A DNA stretch of 64,000 nt from contig JAQGDQ010000367.1 in the NCBI GenBank assembly GCA_030141605.1, positions 169,075 through 233,074 on the forward strand. Direction: 5' to 3'. Position 1 is the stretch's first letter. Each line of letters begins with the position of its first letter. A program made the translations under genes and the position numbers. This stretch comes from Tubiluchus corallicola (taxonomy: Eukaryota; Animalia; Priapulida). This document shows, piece by piece, positions 12,721 through 45,564 of the stretch. The notes beneath the pieces were generated by a model, which saw nothing but the letters and a program-made list of their open reading frames with translations, made no database searches and was not told where the DNA came from.

Positions 12721-14043
12721 TGTTTTAAAAACACTCTTCATAAAAATAAAGTTTAAACAATTTGTCTTGAAATTTTGTATCAATTACATGCTGTCATGTT
12801 GCACGCAGTCAAGTTGCAATTACCTGAAATTTAAAAAACTGTAGAATATTTTTCGCTAACAAAGCAAAAGTTTAGATTACTTTATATCGTCAATAAGATA
12901 TTTGCGTTTTTAGTACGCACTGGGATGGCGATGCACTGTCGTTTTTCTGAGTGGCGCGAACATTTTAAATTATTAAGAATTTTCTAGTTGTAGTATCCTG
13001 GTCGTAGAAAATCTAATTATTGTTAGCGCCATCCATTGTCTATATACATAATGAATAAACAAGTTTGAATGTAGGAACTACCACACTAGTAAATGTCTTT
13101 CAAGCAGGTAACTGTAATGCTAAGTAGTATAACTTTGTATGGAAATTCTTTGGGACATACTGTAAAATGCATTTTCTTCCCCTTTGAGCTCTAAGTATTT
13201 TTCATTAATCCTAAATTTATTTCAGCAATCTTCTTCTTTAAATTTAAGTAAGTTTTTCTTGTATTTAAATCGGTCAGAGTAGTTATCTTATCTTTCAATT
13301 ATTACCTTTGCAAACAAAACATCCACTGATTGTTTGCTTGTGTAATCTATTACTGATAATGACTGCAGGCTCCAATCCAAACGTACGCTTTTTAACATTA
13401 TTTTTTTATCTTAAAACATTTTTAATTATTAAAATTTTTTTCAGTTACACAAGTCTTTCAAACACGTAAGCGTAATGCTAAGTAATATAACTTTGTGTAG
13501 AAAGCTCTTTGGGATGCACTTTAAATTTCCCTTTCTTCCCTCTTTATCGTTGTGTTAACAAATTTGTAAAGCTTACAGAGTATCTCTCTGTAGTAAGTGC
13601 TCTACGCTCTACACTTCTAGTTTAACAGACACGCTGGATGATAGACACGCGAGGCTTAAAAGTCGTTACATGTGGGAATAAACCTGATTTGTTTCACAAG
13701 TATAAGCTGAACAAATTTCAGAAACCGGTAAAATTCATGCAATGGCTTCAAGCTTTAAATGCGCTTACAAAAAGGGTGACATTCGGGAATTCCCACATTC
13801 TGTAATGAATAACGTAAACAACTAGCATTGAACGCGTACCCAAAAGGTGCAGCTATCATTATTAGTTGCTCCAGCAAACGTTCACGCATTTCTGTTGTTT
13901 GCGAAACGCTACTATTTTAGAACTCATAAACAATGCACTACGTGGAAAGCGCGCGCATTATTGATTGTTGGTGAGCGGATAGCATTAGTCGTTGACGTGT
14001 AGCTAGGTACCACAGTGATTATTTGACGAATGAGATTTGATGG

Positions 14044-14195
14044 CACAGCCTCAGTTCGCACAACTTCAGTACCAAGAACCTCAGCAACGGCAGCCTCAGT
14101 ACCCACACTCAGTACCCTCAACCTTAGCACCTACAGCCTCAGTACCCACAACCTCAGTGCCCAAAATCTTCGTACCCGCACAACCTCGGTACCGG
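14044..14195. repeat. ~15-bp degenerate tandem repeat (ACAACCTCAGTACCC)
   Basis: About 10 units visible; explains ORFs 13924-14130 and 14030-14260. Confidence 0.85.
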
Positions 14196-17100
14196 TAGCC
14201 TCCACACGCTCAGTGGGGAACGCCAAATTATTTCACCACTTGGTTTCACCTAGTTATTAAAGACATACAAACAAAAATGTTCTCACAAGCAGCATGAATG
14301 CTTTTGACTAGTAAATGGCATTGATATCCTTTTTATTTAAATACACCTGAGGCGACACAGGAAAACTCTAATAAATCCAATTGTTGTCACGTTGACGTGG
14401 TGCAGCTTTTTAGCAAAGTGCAAATTGCAACAGGCCAGGCAAGTATTCTTGGGTCATGCAGTTAAGTAACTCACATTTTCACGTTTATCAATTTTTCGTT
14501 ATTAATTATCCATAATCACTGCTGTTTGTTCGCTTAAAAGATTTGTTTAATTGTTTGCTTTGCAATTCCCAAGTGTTGTTTTAATTGGCATGTTTACTGA
14601 TTATTACAAAACGTTTATAGTTTTTAGTGATGACACTGAGGCACCATGCAAACAAAAAGAATGCTGATGTCTTCTGAAAAGTGTCAATTTGGACTATTAA
14701 ATTGTTACCTCTGTTTAAGGTTGTAAATATTAGTTTTATATTCAATAAACTACTACCATTACTACTAATAAGTAATCATTGCGCAATACTAATGTCTAAT
14801 GTACGTGGCACAATACAGGCAAAGTCAAGTCGTGTAACCGTACAGGTTAGTAAGGTAGTTAGGAAAAGCCAAAATCTGATGATCATTATTAATTTATTTT
14901 TAAAATAGGTAAACCTTCGTGCACAATGTAATACAACCATCATCTAATTAACGTAATAACAAAGTATGACTTTGTACTTTGCTAAGCTTAGATAAGCCTC
15001 TAGGCTGCTCAAGAAATAAATACTTTTTGATACTTTTTATTGACGTACTAACCTTTTTATATATGATCGCATTAATGTACGTATCGTGTAGATCGAAAAT
15101 AAATGATAATAAAAAATAGCACCTGGGTACATAGAAAATACGTTAAAAGGGGTATACAGGCCTACAAGAAACTAAAGCAAAACAGGGAGCATAGAGGAAG
15201 CAATATGTGACGGTAAGTGCATGAAGATGCACAATATATTCAGGTCGACACAAACAACAAAATGGTGGTTCTCTGTAAGAGCAGCAGAATTAATCAAATT
15301 TATTTAATTAGTACCAAACTAATAATTATTGGATCATTTCATGCTTAAATTTTCTTTTAAATGTATTTATGACTTGTGTTCATTAATGTTATTGCAAAAA
15401 GTATAGGCTCAGTGTTAGTAACGAAGTACTTTTGCCATATCAGTAACTGTTCAGCAATACTTTAGTCACAAACTCAAAAAATCTCATTGAATGAACCACG
15501 TCATTATCTAATATCAAGTCGAAAGAAAGACTTTTTCCATATTTTGCAGTGCGTCATGTATACAAACTGATAGCTACAAAGACGAGTAGTCGAGCGAAGT
15601 TAGGGTTTGATAAATGTCCATGCGCTTAGCTGTAAAAGATTCTTCATATGTAGTTATCTGCGTTGTACAGAAATCGTCCATCATGGTGTGACACAAATGA
15701 AGCACGCAGTCTAACCTTTTTATCGTAGAGTTTAGTTTGGTAAACATAGTGTAGAGATTCGAGCAAGTGCTGAACTCAAATGTTTTGGAATGTCTTGTAA
15801 TTTGATTTGCAAGAGTTTTCATGGTTTCCCTGTTGCACTACAACCCATATCACAAAACTTGGCCGCTACCTATGCACCAAAGCACTTCAGCTGTGCATGG
15901 TAAAATCTCCTTTGCACGAGTCCGCTTCGTCGTGAGGATTCACCATAATACCTTGCGGCAATTTATTTTACGGTGGAATGTTTTAAGAAATGTTTAACGT
16001 ACGCGACTCAGAGGCGGTTTTTTATTGAAAACTTGTGCGCTTCAGCGTAAAATAAATCAAACGCTATTCTACTAAAAGGCTTGCATGGCTGTAGGCTAAC
16101 GTGGATGACACTGTTAAGCGAATCTCAACACTCAGAAACAAACTCAGTGCAGACTTTACAGGTGCCTTATCTTGAGTGAAAAAATATTGAATAAAATTTC
16201 ACATCAAGTTTCTCTCTATGCGAACATAAAGTTAACCCACACCTATCTACGGCAGAAATCATAAGCCTTGTTTACGCTAAGCAAAAATACTCTACCCGTC
16301 CTGGATCTTCTACGTCTGGATCTAATGTAAACAGTCAGACAGTCAGAAAAATACTACAGGTACGGGACTTTCCACAACTATCTACATTAATAAGCTTCTC
16401 CACATCTTTCGTTTATTTAAAATTTGTGTTAAGATCGATGAAATCTCACCTACTTGAACTTACTTGATGTTGTGAACCACATAATGTAATAAATAAACAA
16501 AATAACATATATCTCTTCTCGATAATGTGATGTAATGTTATTGTTGTTGTTGTTGTTGTCGTCGTTGTTCCTGTTGCTACTGGCGTTATTGTTATTTGTT
16601 ACTGTTATTGCTAGTGTTAGTGTTAGTGTTGGCGTTATTGTTATTGTTATTGTTGTCAGGAAATCAACTAGAACTTAATTTTATGCATTTATTTCACAAT
16701 TTAAATATTATACAGAAAAGTATTTAAAATATTCAAAGTGAGATTTTAAACTAAAATAATGCATTCGTTGCATTTTATTTATTTTGATTATACAATCGTG
16801 ATACCGACATAACCTAATAATATGGTTCCTAACTTTCCTAACACCAACGGCTGTTATGAATCATCAATTTTCCTAGCACGTTTTTCCCACCTATATTAGA
16901 TTTTTTAATCTCCTCCTGTAGACGTCTCTCCTGTCCTCTCCTCGCATTCCCTTTTCTTTCCCCCAGGAACCTTCCCCTCCCCTCCCCTTTCTCTTCTCTT
17001 CTCTTCTCTTCTCTTTTCTTCTTCTGTTGTTGATCATTTCTTAATTATTAACATATATATAAATAATAAAAACTTCTTAGATCTTCTGGTCAGAATCTTT

Positions 17101-17969
17101 AAAATTAGGCCACAACACAAAATAAGACTGGATATTGCAATAACAGTTTAGAACTCTACTAGCAATTAAAGAAGGCCACACACTTTGAATCTGTGCCTGA
17201 CGAACCGAATTTGAACAGAAAATTATTAAATTGCATCAAAGAGGAAGATTCTTGCGAGACAGAATAAATTTACATCAGTAATTCTATCCCGTGAGGTTGG
17301 CTTTTCCTGCATCACGTGTTGCGTCAGTTGCCCTTGACAACGAGTCTCCTGTCAAAATGCTTCTGGCAGTGTGCAGTTATTTGCTCAAAATCGACTAGGC
17401 AGTTCGTGAAAGGTTTTATAAGATGTAGGCCTATTCACCACACAGATTTTTTAAATTTTTATTTGTATTGTGTTTTAACATTATAGTTTAGGCCCAGGTT
17501 TATATTTCTTGTTATTATAGCTGCCATTGATTTTGCGCAAATGACCAACATTGGCTCACTAGCAATGACGACGTTATTAATAATTAAACACGTTTACACA
17601 TTTTGCAGTAAATGATCCGCAAACTTTTCTCTAAAGGTTTTATGCATCAGTTATTTCACCTTACGTTAATTTATTAAATTTTTAATTTGACAGCTTGTAA
17701 CATTTTCATACCGTACATATTTTGCCCTAGTTGTGCAGCGTACATAGTAGCTACGGTATTCACAACTTTCTAATGAGTGAATCTCAAAACAGGCGCTCAG
17801 TCTTACAGTATTATGCTCTCAGTCTCAAAAAAGGCACAGAATGGATTCACCAAGCCATGACTATGCCCTAGACTTTTTTGTTTTCTACAGCACTAAAATC
17901 TTCCATCCACTATTATTGACCAGCTAACACCAAGGTATACTAGGTACTACAGTGCAGGTGCTATGCCAC

Positions 17970-18183
<214 letters not shown>

Positions 18184-18739
18184 ATTTTATTGTCATTAAA
18201 GCCAACAAGATTACATTTACCACAACAAAATTATACGTGCAGCACTGAACATTCCAAACGATACAAAATTAAATTAGAAATTTTACATAGCACAACACAA
18301 AAACACACAATAATGACAGTAAAATTCAAATTTAATAATACTGAATTGGTGTTATTAATTAATTAATTAATAATTATTAATAACTGATAATAGTTAATAC
18401 CAGAATCTTTGGTAACCTAATTGACAATTACACAAATAGACTCGAATGTTGCTTTGGAATTTTACCCAGGCGTAAAGGTCAATATCTCGTAACTCGAGAA
18501 GATTACTTAAATTTAGGCTGTTTTCCTCTCTCTTCGAGTATTATTAATTCATAAATAGTAACTATATGAATCAGTGAAAAAACTACATCACTTTTTTATT
18601 AACATTTTTATTATGTGAGTAGGATTTGCGAGTAAGCATATTTTGGGAGTAAAATTACTCGATAAGATAGTAGTTTAAAGCGAATAAGTGAATAAAAATT
18701 TTATTTTCTGTTGGAAAATTTGTAATTTCTTTTTTATGA

Positions 18740-19055
18740 GTACCTCAACCCCATACTTTCCATTTTCCTTCTTTTTGCTGACTTCTTCATATCCCGACTT
18801 TGTACTTTTTTCCTTCTTTCCGCCAACGTATTCAGTCTCTTGCTTTCCATTTTTCTTTGTTCCTACTGACTTCCTCTTTCTCTCGCTTCCTAAACTTTAT
18901 TTCTTTCTTCTGAGCTTCCTAGTCTCTGACTTTCCACCTTTTCCTTCTGACTACTGACTTCGTCAATCTCTTAGTGATATTTTCCTTCGTTCTTCAGGGT
19001 TACTCAGTCTCTTACTTCCCATTTTCCTTCTTTCTACTGACTTCCTCAGTTTCTT
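18740..19055. repeat. Degenerate pyrimidine-rich tandem repeat
   Basis: Recurrent tttccattttccttct...ctgacttc units. Confidence 0.6.
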
Positions 19056-19458
19056 ATTTAATTCGTTGCAACATAATTAGTGATTGGTTTTTCTCGCAGA
19101 TTTGTTTCTTCGTTAGAACACTAAACTGTTGCCACGCACGTTACTGTACAATTCTCAACTAAAGCTTGGCTAAGATCAATGCATGAGCTAGAAAGTGGTT
19201 ATTTTCTCGTTCAGTCGCTGGAAAATTAGCTTCCTGGTTTAATCACGCAACCAGGTGCGCATTGAACTTCCTTTCACATAATAAATCTAAAGAACTCTAC
19301 AGTTTACAAATATATATTTTACTTCATTCACGTGGCGTTACGTCCACGTTGCAGTTGGCAGCATGGATTACATAAATTATGCAATGAGCGAAGTTACAAA
19401 AAGTCTTTTGGCATTAATGTGACACACTTTTGGTGCACGTTACGGCATTACTTTAAAC

Positions 19459-19750
19459 CAGTGGTTCCCAACCTTTTTTGATCCGTTCCCCCCCTTTTGA
19501 AGGCTGCTGATTCTCGTTCCCCAGCCCACAAACAGCAGGGAGCTCAGGCGGTCTCAGGCAGCCACGTGGTCGGATCTAAACGTCTTGAGCGGGAGGGTGT
19601 GTTGCGTTGGCTATGAAGGCTTTCTGTACTTTTTTCTCTGCTTTTCTACATATTTTTTATTTTTATCTTTCCACCCATTCGTTCCCCCCCCTGGAGGTGG
19701 CTCATTCCCCTCCCCAAGGGGGGGGGATTCGCCCAGGTTGAGAACCCCTG
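19459..19750. mobile_element. hAT (Charlie/Buster-type) MITE, 292 bp
   Basis: TIRs CAGTGGTTCCCAACCT / AGGTTGAGAACCCCTG; perfect 8-bp TSD CTTTAAAC at 19451-19458 and 19751-19758 with central TA. Confidence 0.92.
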
Positions 19751-20708
19751 CTTTAAACAGTAGTGCAGTTTATGGGGTCCCACAGGACTTCCATCTTATG
19801 TAGATTATTCGGAAACTATGCATGGTCTATCCTGTTAGATCAGTTGCAACAGAAAAAGTGAAATAAGCTTCTTCTGTTAGAACGTTTGAACTGAGAATAG
19901 AGTATAAGTCTGAGAATAAAAGATGAAACTTTGCACTTCAGTGACTTTCACTGGCGTTCTTCGACATTTTGACATTCTACGTTACAATGTGTAAAATCTG
20001 TATTGATTGTTGTTATCTGAGTGAACAAGTAATTCTAAATCTAATGGTTGCTGAGGTGACACATACTGAAATTGCAAACCGTTGAGTTCGTGGTCCCTGA
20101 CATGTTGCAAACACAGCGTGAGGACACCTGGAAGCGTCAAAAATACCCGTTTGTCCACCGAGTGTTTCATTCTTAATCTTAACGTGCTAAAAACAACAAC
20201 CCTCTTGCAAAGTTTCTGTTAGATTTCATAATTGTCGGAATTGTCGTTTATCCATTCAGTCATGTGCAAATTTTCTAGAAAGTTTAACGCTCATTCCGAC
20301 TCGCATATCTAGTATCTAATAAATATGTATATGTAAATATGTAGTCCATCCGTTACAACTAGCTTTAGCTCTGTTGCAAAATTCATTTTAATTTATTCTA
20401 AACTTTGATATCATATGGGCGAGCTTCAAATGAGTTTGTTCCAGGCGATTACTTTAATATGCGTCTCGATCAAACAGTCTGTGTAATTAATGAGCTGAAA
20501 TTTAGAAATAACAGGAAGTGAATGTAGCGCGCTTGACACGTTGCGGGTTTTACAACTTCTTGTATTGAACGCGCGTGAAACTAGATGATGTCTTGTGTTC
20601 CCTTAAAAGCCCTTGACGGAAAATTTTCTCTTTACATTCTTTTGGCTAATTGTGCTTTATGAAGTTAAGCACTTAACTGTTAAGTAGTACGACTGTACAC
20701 TGTAAATA

Positions 20709-21245
20709 TAGGGTGTCTCGAAAGTCACTACATTCTTTGCTTTCTAATTTTCTTTTTTGAATTTTTCCCCAATCTCAGCAAGCTCTTAAATGAATCGAAA
20801 CATACCATTGGCAATTCTTTTTCGACAGGAACACAGTTGCTATGGCGACAAAAGTTAGGAATGAGGTACAAAATCAAACTCTTTGAATCACGTTCTTCGA
20901 TCATCAACTGAAGTTCAACGGAAATTCAACGTACAATGTGAACCACACTATTCTCTCACTTTTAACAAGTAGTTTTTCAACAAGGTGCAGCCTTTCTCGC
21001 CACTCGTAGGTTGTGAACGATTCTCAGTGCAAGATGCCCGACTTGCCATTGAGTCTCTGAAGCTTTTGAAGTAGCAAAAATAACAAAGCCTACTAGTGTA
21101 GTAGTTCTTTTCAAATTTTCGTCTAATTTGACTAAAATAAGTGCCCACGGTTTTGGTTCATCAGTATCAGTTTTCGAGCATTTTGCTTTATTTGTTTAAA
21201 AGATATAGAAAATGAAAAGTATACACTGATTTCTCAAACGCCCTA
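20709..21245. mobile_element. Tc1/mariner-type MITE (degenerate)
   Basis: Left end TA|TAGGGTGTCTCGAAAGTCA vs reverse complement of right end TA|TAGGGCGTTTGAGAAATCA; TA flanks. Confidence 0.55.
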
Positions 21246-22718
21246 TATATATATATGCAGGTGACTACAAAGGTGTGTGGTCACGTGTTAGTAGAAATCA
21301 TTATTATAATGAATAGAATAAACAGTATTAGGCTACATGTCATGCCAAACCTTTTTGTAGGCGAATCCACGCGATGCTTTGTCGCTTTCTAGTCACCATT
21401 TTTCCGAACTTTTTCAAGATATGAAAATTAGACTCTAATAAAAAATAACACGCAATATTGTTAAGATAGCAGCGTATCTCCACTTGCGTGTGCACTTCAG
21501 CTTCATTTTAATAAACATGATGACAGCACCTTAACGACCAATAAATTTCATAAAGCTTTATTCGAGTTGTACTTCACAGCTAAGTATCTGTTTCATGGGC
21601 AGAAGAGACATTCAAGAATATTGGCTGTTACGACTCACATAAGCTTGTCAGGTATGATATGGTTAGGAACGTCAATGTCAAAGTACTAATGCACAATAAC
21701 CAATTATCTGGCAGATATGCTTCAAATATACTAACTCACTTTTCAAAGGTTGGCCTAAACTAAACGAATAAGAAAACATAATAGTGACTCTGGTGAAATA
21801 ATAAAAAGTTATATTTAATTTGCGCAAAATTTTGCGTGGATTTTGTCTTGTTCTCTGGTGTCCTGCTTCTCTGCTAATTGAAAGTTTAAATGTAAGGAGT
21901 TGTTACTGATAATAACTGCTTCACTTTCCTCTGTAATCCGTCAGTCTGTACGTCATATTTAATTAATTTTTCCTAAAGTCAGTCTCTCCAGGAATGACGT
22001 CCACGGCAGGAAACAATTCAAAATAGGCAGGAAATGCCCAGGTGCAACCCCTTAATACCCTTACATACCATTGTTCATTAGTAAACGCGACTTGCTGCCC
22101 CAATACGTACACACTCGATCATTTTCCCGGATACCGCTTATTATTTACCCCTGGATGTGTCACAAGCAAATAAATTAGAGGAAAAATTACCAAACGCAAA
22201 TGGCTGCGATAATGAGGTGCCTATATTTGTACTAAGGCTGTGATCACCAATGTAGTGCGTGCGTTTGTGTGTTTATGTGTGTAGACAAATTTTCATCATA
22301 GTGATTGATGCGGAGGCTGAGTAGCATAATTAGGTCTATTTATTGGGACGAGCCAATCAGAATTTAGATACCACCTAATGTACTGTAGGTTATACTGTAT
22401 TACTGTTGCTAAATGGCTTCACACTGATTCTGTAGCACGTTTTCATTTCGCTTCTTCTTAATTGTCATTAGTTTTCTTTGTGAATCAATTCTCTTAAGGG
22501 AAATGTTGAAGTCACTCGAAGGAGACGTACACGAGGGACCACTTACAGCGATTGTACTAGCACGTAGTCACAGCAGAGGTCGTTGAGCATGCGCATTAGT
22601 TGTCTCGCCTTACTATTTTAATTCTAACAAAAACGTTCCTAACTACAGAATTTGACCAAATACTCATGGCTTTTCCGTCACACAAATCGTTGTGATCCTC
22701 CTCCCAGTTGATCTACGT

Positions 22719-22887
22719 TCATTCATTCATTCATTCATTCATTCATTCATTCATTCATTCATTCATTCATTCATTCATTCATTCACTCACTCATTCATTC
22801 ATTCACTCATTCATTCACTCACTCACTTACTCACTCATTCATTCATTCATTCATGCACTCATACATACATACATTCATTCATTCATT
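22719..22887. repeat. (ATTC)n microsatellite
   Basis: Visible repeat. Confidence 0.97.
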
Positions 22888-25380
22888 CAAACTACATTCA
22901 TTCACTCAGTTATCCCTTCGTTCTTTCATTTTTTCTTCCATTTACTTGCCAAAAATCGCTTCTAGCCATGCATCTGGCAGACTGGCTTTTAAAAAAAGGC
23001 AACACCACAAGGAACCTGTAATAAATTCAGGATTGTATTATATGTTCTGTTTAAGGTTTTAAATTTAAGATTTATTTAATTTAATATTTATTCTGTCGAT
23101 GATCTACGATGCTGGAGTAGCTAGGAGAATTTTTAGCCATCAGCAGTTTTAATGATAAGTTGATGATTCTTTTCTGCTTATGATTTCTATTCACTGAGTA
23201 ACTAGAATGAAGAAGAGACAGCGATCATCTCTATCCAGTCAGGCCTATTAATGCCACACTCCTAGTTACACATGAACGAATTCCCTCAAATCCCTTAACT
23301 AAGGTCAGCAACCTGCAGATTTCTTTTATAACTATCATACTTCTACGCAGAAAAATTGAAATGTATATAGGTATAATAGTTTTCGCAGATTATGAATAAA
23401 GACAACTTCTACTCAAAATATAATAAGTATGCTTTAGCTGAAATTCCTGCAAGCCGAAATGCTAATTTTAAAGCCTGTCTGTAAAAAGTAATTATTATAT
23501 ATGCATATGCAAATATCAACTTTGAATAATCGTGCTGTCGGGGTTTGGTCATTACTGTGTTTCATGCTGCTACAGACAGTTTTAAGACTGGTGAAGAAAT
23601 TGACAGAAATAGCTTGGGAGCCATAATAAGAAATCCTATTTCCATAATAACCACAATGCAAGTGGCATGTATAACTAAAAATGGCGGGTCGACCAGCAGA
23701 CGCTGAAGACAAAAATACTGAAGATACTCGTGACATCATAAATTGCAAATTTATTTATTTATTAAATCTCGTTTATTTTCAAAATAAATAACACAAAACC
23801 CTCCATTTGCAGGGTAAGAGTACGTTAATACATATAAAATGCACTACATATTAAAGCTGAATATGTATGTAAACCCATACGCACATATGTATATGTAAGT
23901 TACATTAACATAATACACAATGAATGTAGTAATGAATACGCTTTGAATTTTCAAGATTATTATTTGGTAATTTTGAAACTGTTGCACAAATAGCTACATG
24001 TTGTATGATACTAGTTTTTTAACAGAGATTTCGTGTATCAATGAAGACTCAGTATCAATGAAGACTGTACATGCTGATACATCGCGCAAAATATACAGGT
24101 ATTCTAAATTTAGCGAAGGTAAACCGTTTTGTATAGATGAAGCGTTGTACGAAACCAAAGAGAAGTCAAATACTATATAAATTGCAAAACACTATAACTG
24201 TCTGTAATAGCTTTATGCACAGTGTCTCTTTGACACTTGAAAGAAAGAGACTTATCCACGTGCTACTATGTTAGTTATAAGCAAGAGTCATTCATTTTCA
24301 TTTGTCTCAATCTCATTTTGAAAGCTAAAATGCCAGTAATGCCAGTAATCTTGTCATAAAACTTTTGCTCATAGCATCACGGTTGATTTAGTGTCTTTAG
24401 AAGCTTCTTTTTCACGCGCAGACCTTTTCACTCGGTTCAAATGTTTACGTGCAACACCTTTTGTAATCTCAATAGGCCTGTGTATACGAAGTACGGATAT
24501 TCGTGATCCACGATTACCAAGAATCACTGTCAAAAATAATTGAAATTAGTAAAACTTGCACCATAAGCAAATCAAAAGAGTAGTACACCAAGACACAGCT
24601 GTTGGTAAGCATAAACCGAAGCGAGTGCAGGTAGTAAACCGAATCGAAAAGACATGGACAACCGAGTCAACATCAGTAATTTACTGGTAGCCGACAACTC
24701 AACTTTTGCAGCACCTACAGGCCACTAGCTTACCGAGAATACAGACAAGTTTACCGAAATTTATTTATTTATTTATTTATTTATTCATTTATTAGACAAA
24801 AACACCATTACATTTACATACACAGAAATATTACATACAATTGCACAAACTGAAAACAAATCAAGTAAGCAATCCATTAGTGAATAAATGATATGTAACT
24901 GCTTGCAGTTGAGCTAAAAATAAAAAAATTAAGTTAAATTATATTAAAAATTACATACTCTGTGACAGGGACCAGTTTTAAGTTAGTCTTCCTTTTGGCA
25001 TGAAAAGTGGTTTCTGAATTAATGCCAAGGTCATTCTTGCCCTGGTTTACGTAGCAGGCTTATATAATGTATGCTATATTCGCTTAATTTCTGGTAATTC
25101 AGCTCACTAGTAATCGTGTCTATACACTCGCATAATCGATATGACGCCACGTCTTATTTTTCGGTAATTTCAACGTTTCCTCGATTGCGGCTTCTGTAAA
25201 AGTACGTCCTGGAGCGCAGATAGATGAAACCTAAATCAGCAAAGGCGGAGAACTCTGTACAGACGTTTTCATTGCAGGAAACATCATTAAACCTTGCTAG
25301 ATGGTGAAAAATGAACGAACTCGTCGCGACGACGACAAAGGACTGAGCTGCCTATCTACTATTCATCGTCATCGTCATCA

Positions 25381-25411
<31 letters not shown>

Positions 25412-26957
25412 CGTCATCATGTGCGAAGTACAGGAATTTGCGGTCAATTCTCAGTGAAGGAAAAATGATGAAGGGAATGGTTTTCTAATTTATTTTTGTT
25501 TACACGCTGTTACGATTACAACTGTTAACATCAACTAGGTTTAGATGGTGTAAATTGCTGGGTAACTCAATTGTACACGGTCACACATTCATTATTGGCT
25601 ATCCCTATGAAGAAATAAGAACTAGATGGTAACCAATTGCATAAAGGCGCTAAAACGTGTTAATGCTATACAGCCTCGGTTCATCATCACCATCATCATT
25701 ATCATAGTCGTCGTGGTCGTCGGCGTCATCGTCATTGTCAACACAATCATCATCGTCATCTCAGTTTCGAGTTAAGTATTTACTATCACTAGTTCTTAAT
25801 ATCCGTGGCAACATCCTCAGCAAAGAAACAAAGCTAAATAAACAAGTATTATTGAGTATAGGGTGAAAAGTTACTCAGTTTGAGTAGAATACTCTCTAGA
25901 GTTTTTGGTTTCACTGATGTGGTTATTGGTTACCTTATAGCAACTGCTACTCTCAATGCACTTAGCTGTTGCTTCTTTTCAGGGGCTGTAGAAAGCAGGG
26001 TTTCACTTTCACGTAAAAGAATTTCCAAGCTAGGCGCTGATGGCTTCCTTCGTAGCGGTATATTTCACTTCTTGCGAAACATTTACTTATCGGTTAATCA
26101 TTTCTGCTAATTTACAGCCCAGCGGCATTAAAACGTTGTCTCATTGTTGGTTTAGGGTAATTTATTGTTGCTGTAATAAGTAGTGAGGAATTAACTTGTC
26201 ACTTTGATGCAGCCGTCTAAAGAAACAACTCCCTTGATGAAATTTGAAGTCTCGGCACTTAATTATTGCATATATGAGATTAATGGTCATATCCATGATA
26301 GTATTACGTCCGTAAAACGGACATATTATTTCAAAATAAGTGTATAGGCATTTCATTGTTATCCTAAGACGTGTGCGCAAACTATATATGCCCTCATAAT
26401 ACTTATACTGAACTTAGTTCTGTGTTGCCGAGATATGTCTTTCCGTAATAACATAATTTCAGAAATAACGTCCCGTTACATACTTATGTTTTTTGTGTGT
26501 TTGTCTTCGTCACTATAGTGTACCCCTGTGCGTATTGTGGATAGAACTTCGTTAGCTAAAAGATGACATTTTTGTACGAGTAAAATGTTCAGCACACAAC
26601 ATTAGGATGTGCACCTAAGATCGATAAATACTGCAAGATTCAAAAAGATTCGATTACAAATCTTTTTGAACTGTGAAGTGTTAATAGAGGAAGCAATATA
26701 ATATTCAATGGAAGAGTTTGTATTTTTAATGACTAACGTGAAGGTATGGCTAAAAGTAGTGCATTGGAGCAATTGAAGAAGTGGACGTCTAGCCAAAAAA
26801 TACGTGTACAACCAAGTCTGTAAGGTTGATAAGGTTGACACAGTTAAATATCTATGTTTGTTTTGTTTTTCTTGAAGGCACCAACTGCCATCAATTGTTA
26901 ATAACTAAACTACTTTTTAAGATTGCAGTTCTGTGAAATGTCTTGTTTTTCTTTCAG

Positions 26958-44107
<17,150 letters not shown>

Positions 44108-45168
44108 CGATACAATCCGTTTAGCTTTTTTCTGTGTAATAAGTGTACCAGTAAGCCAGCTCTTTTTCTAATATTTTAGAAACTAATAATACAGACTATA
44201 ATATTTTCTCAATGATAACAATGGCTATTTAGTACTATAATAACATACATGTAGCTTCATATTCACTTTGTTATAACCGTCATACCAGTAACATTTGATA
44301 AGTAAGTAAGTAAGTATCTTTATTTATCACCTTTTTACAAGAAAGAATAAAATTATAATATTATTAACTTTGCGTCCATGTTGCCATAACGCCCAACTCA
44401 GCGCTGTCACTCAACAAAACTGGCTTCATGTCCACGCAGTCATAATCCATGAAAGGCTACACTCGTCACTGTCATACAATCATCGAAAATGATTTTCACG
44501 TGCACGCATATCATGAAAATTATGGCATCGTATCCAAAAAGTGCTTATTAAGCAAACCCCGCTTTATCCACTGTCATTCAGTCAAAGTAAACACAAATTT
44601 TTGTCCATTCTGTCATGTCACTCAAATTTTGCACGTCACTGTCATTCTTTCAGAATAAAAAGGTTTGCCTTGACCCTATAAATTACTGTTTATTTATTGT
44701 CATTTATTCATCTTGGATTTCTTCATGTCACGCGGTCGTAATACTCAAAATGGTATTTTTCACCACCATGACTTGATCTGATATCTACAATGTATACCGG
44801 TGATACCCATCAGAATTGTAGCTAGTTACCTCGACTCAAGAATGATGAAACACTTTATCTACTGAGCGGCAGTACTGGTACCCAGTTGCTCTCTCAAACA
44901 CATCACTCATATTTACTCGCTCTGTGATGTAGTCAGGAATGACATCTCGTACGAAAAATTTTGACGGTTTCAGCAGAGATTGTAATCACGCGCGTGTTAA
45001 CTTAAATTTGATGACTAATACAGTTAAACAATGCATAATAATTATTTATTTTGATAATATTTTAGGATGGCCCTAAGGTACCCATTGAATTTGTGTGCCG
45101 TGACCATTTTGTTCCTTTCTGGCAGATTTGTATCGCCTTTATAAAATGTCACCCGGGAACTAGTACAT

Positions 45169-45253
<85 letters not shown>

Positions 45254-45257
<4 letters not shown>

Positions 45258-45454
45258 ATAAAGTCTAACTTGAACGTAACCACCGTTTAAAAACGAGGAT
45301 AAAACACTTTTGCACGAGCAGTAGGGCTTTTTTAGTTTTGTTTTAAGTACCATCGTCCTATACCAGTCAGTAAATTCTTGGACATTTGACACTAAGCCTC
45401 TGTTATATGCACCATACAGTATTATATACATATATAAATAATAAAATAAGTTTA

Positions 45455-45504
<50 letters not shown>

Positions 45505-45526
45505 TATATGTACTAGTTTTCGAGCA

Positions 45527-45564
<38 letters not shown>

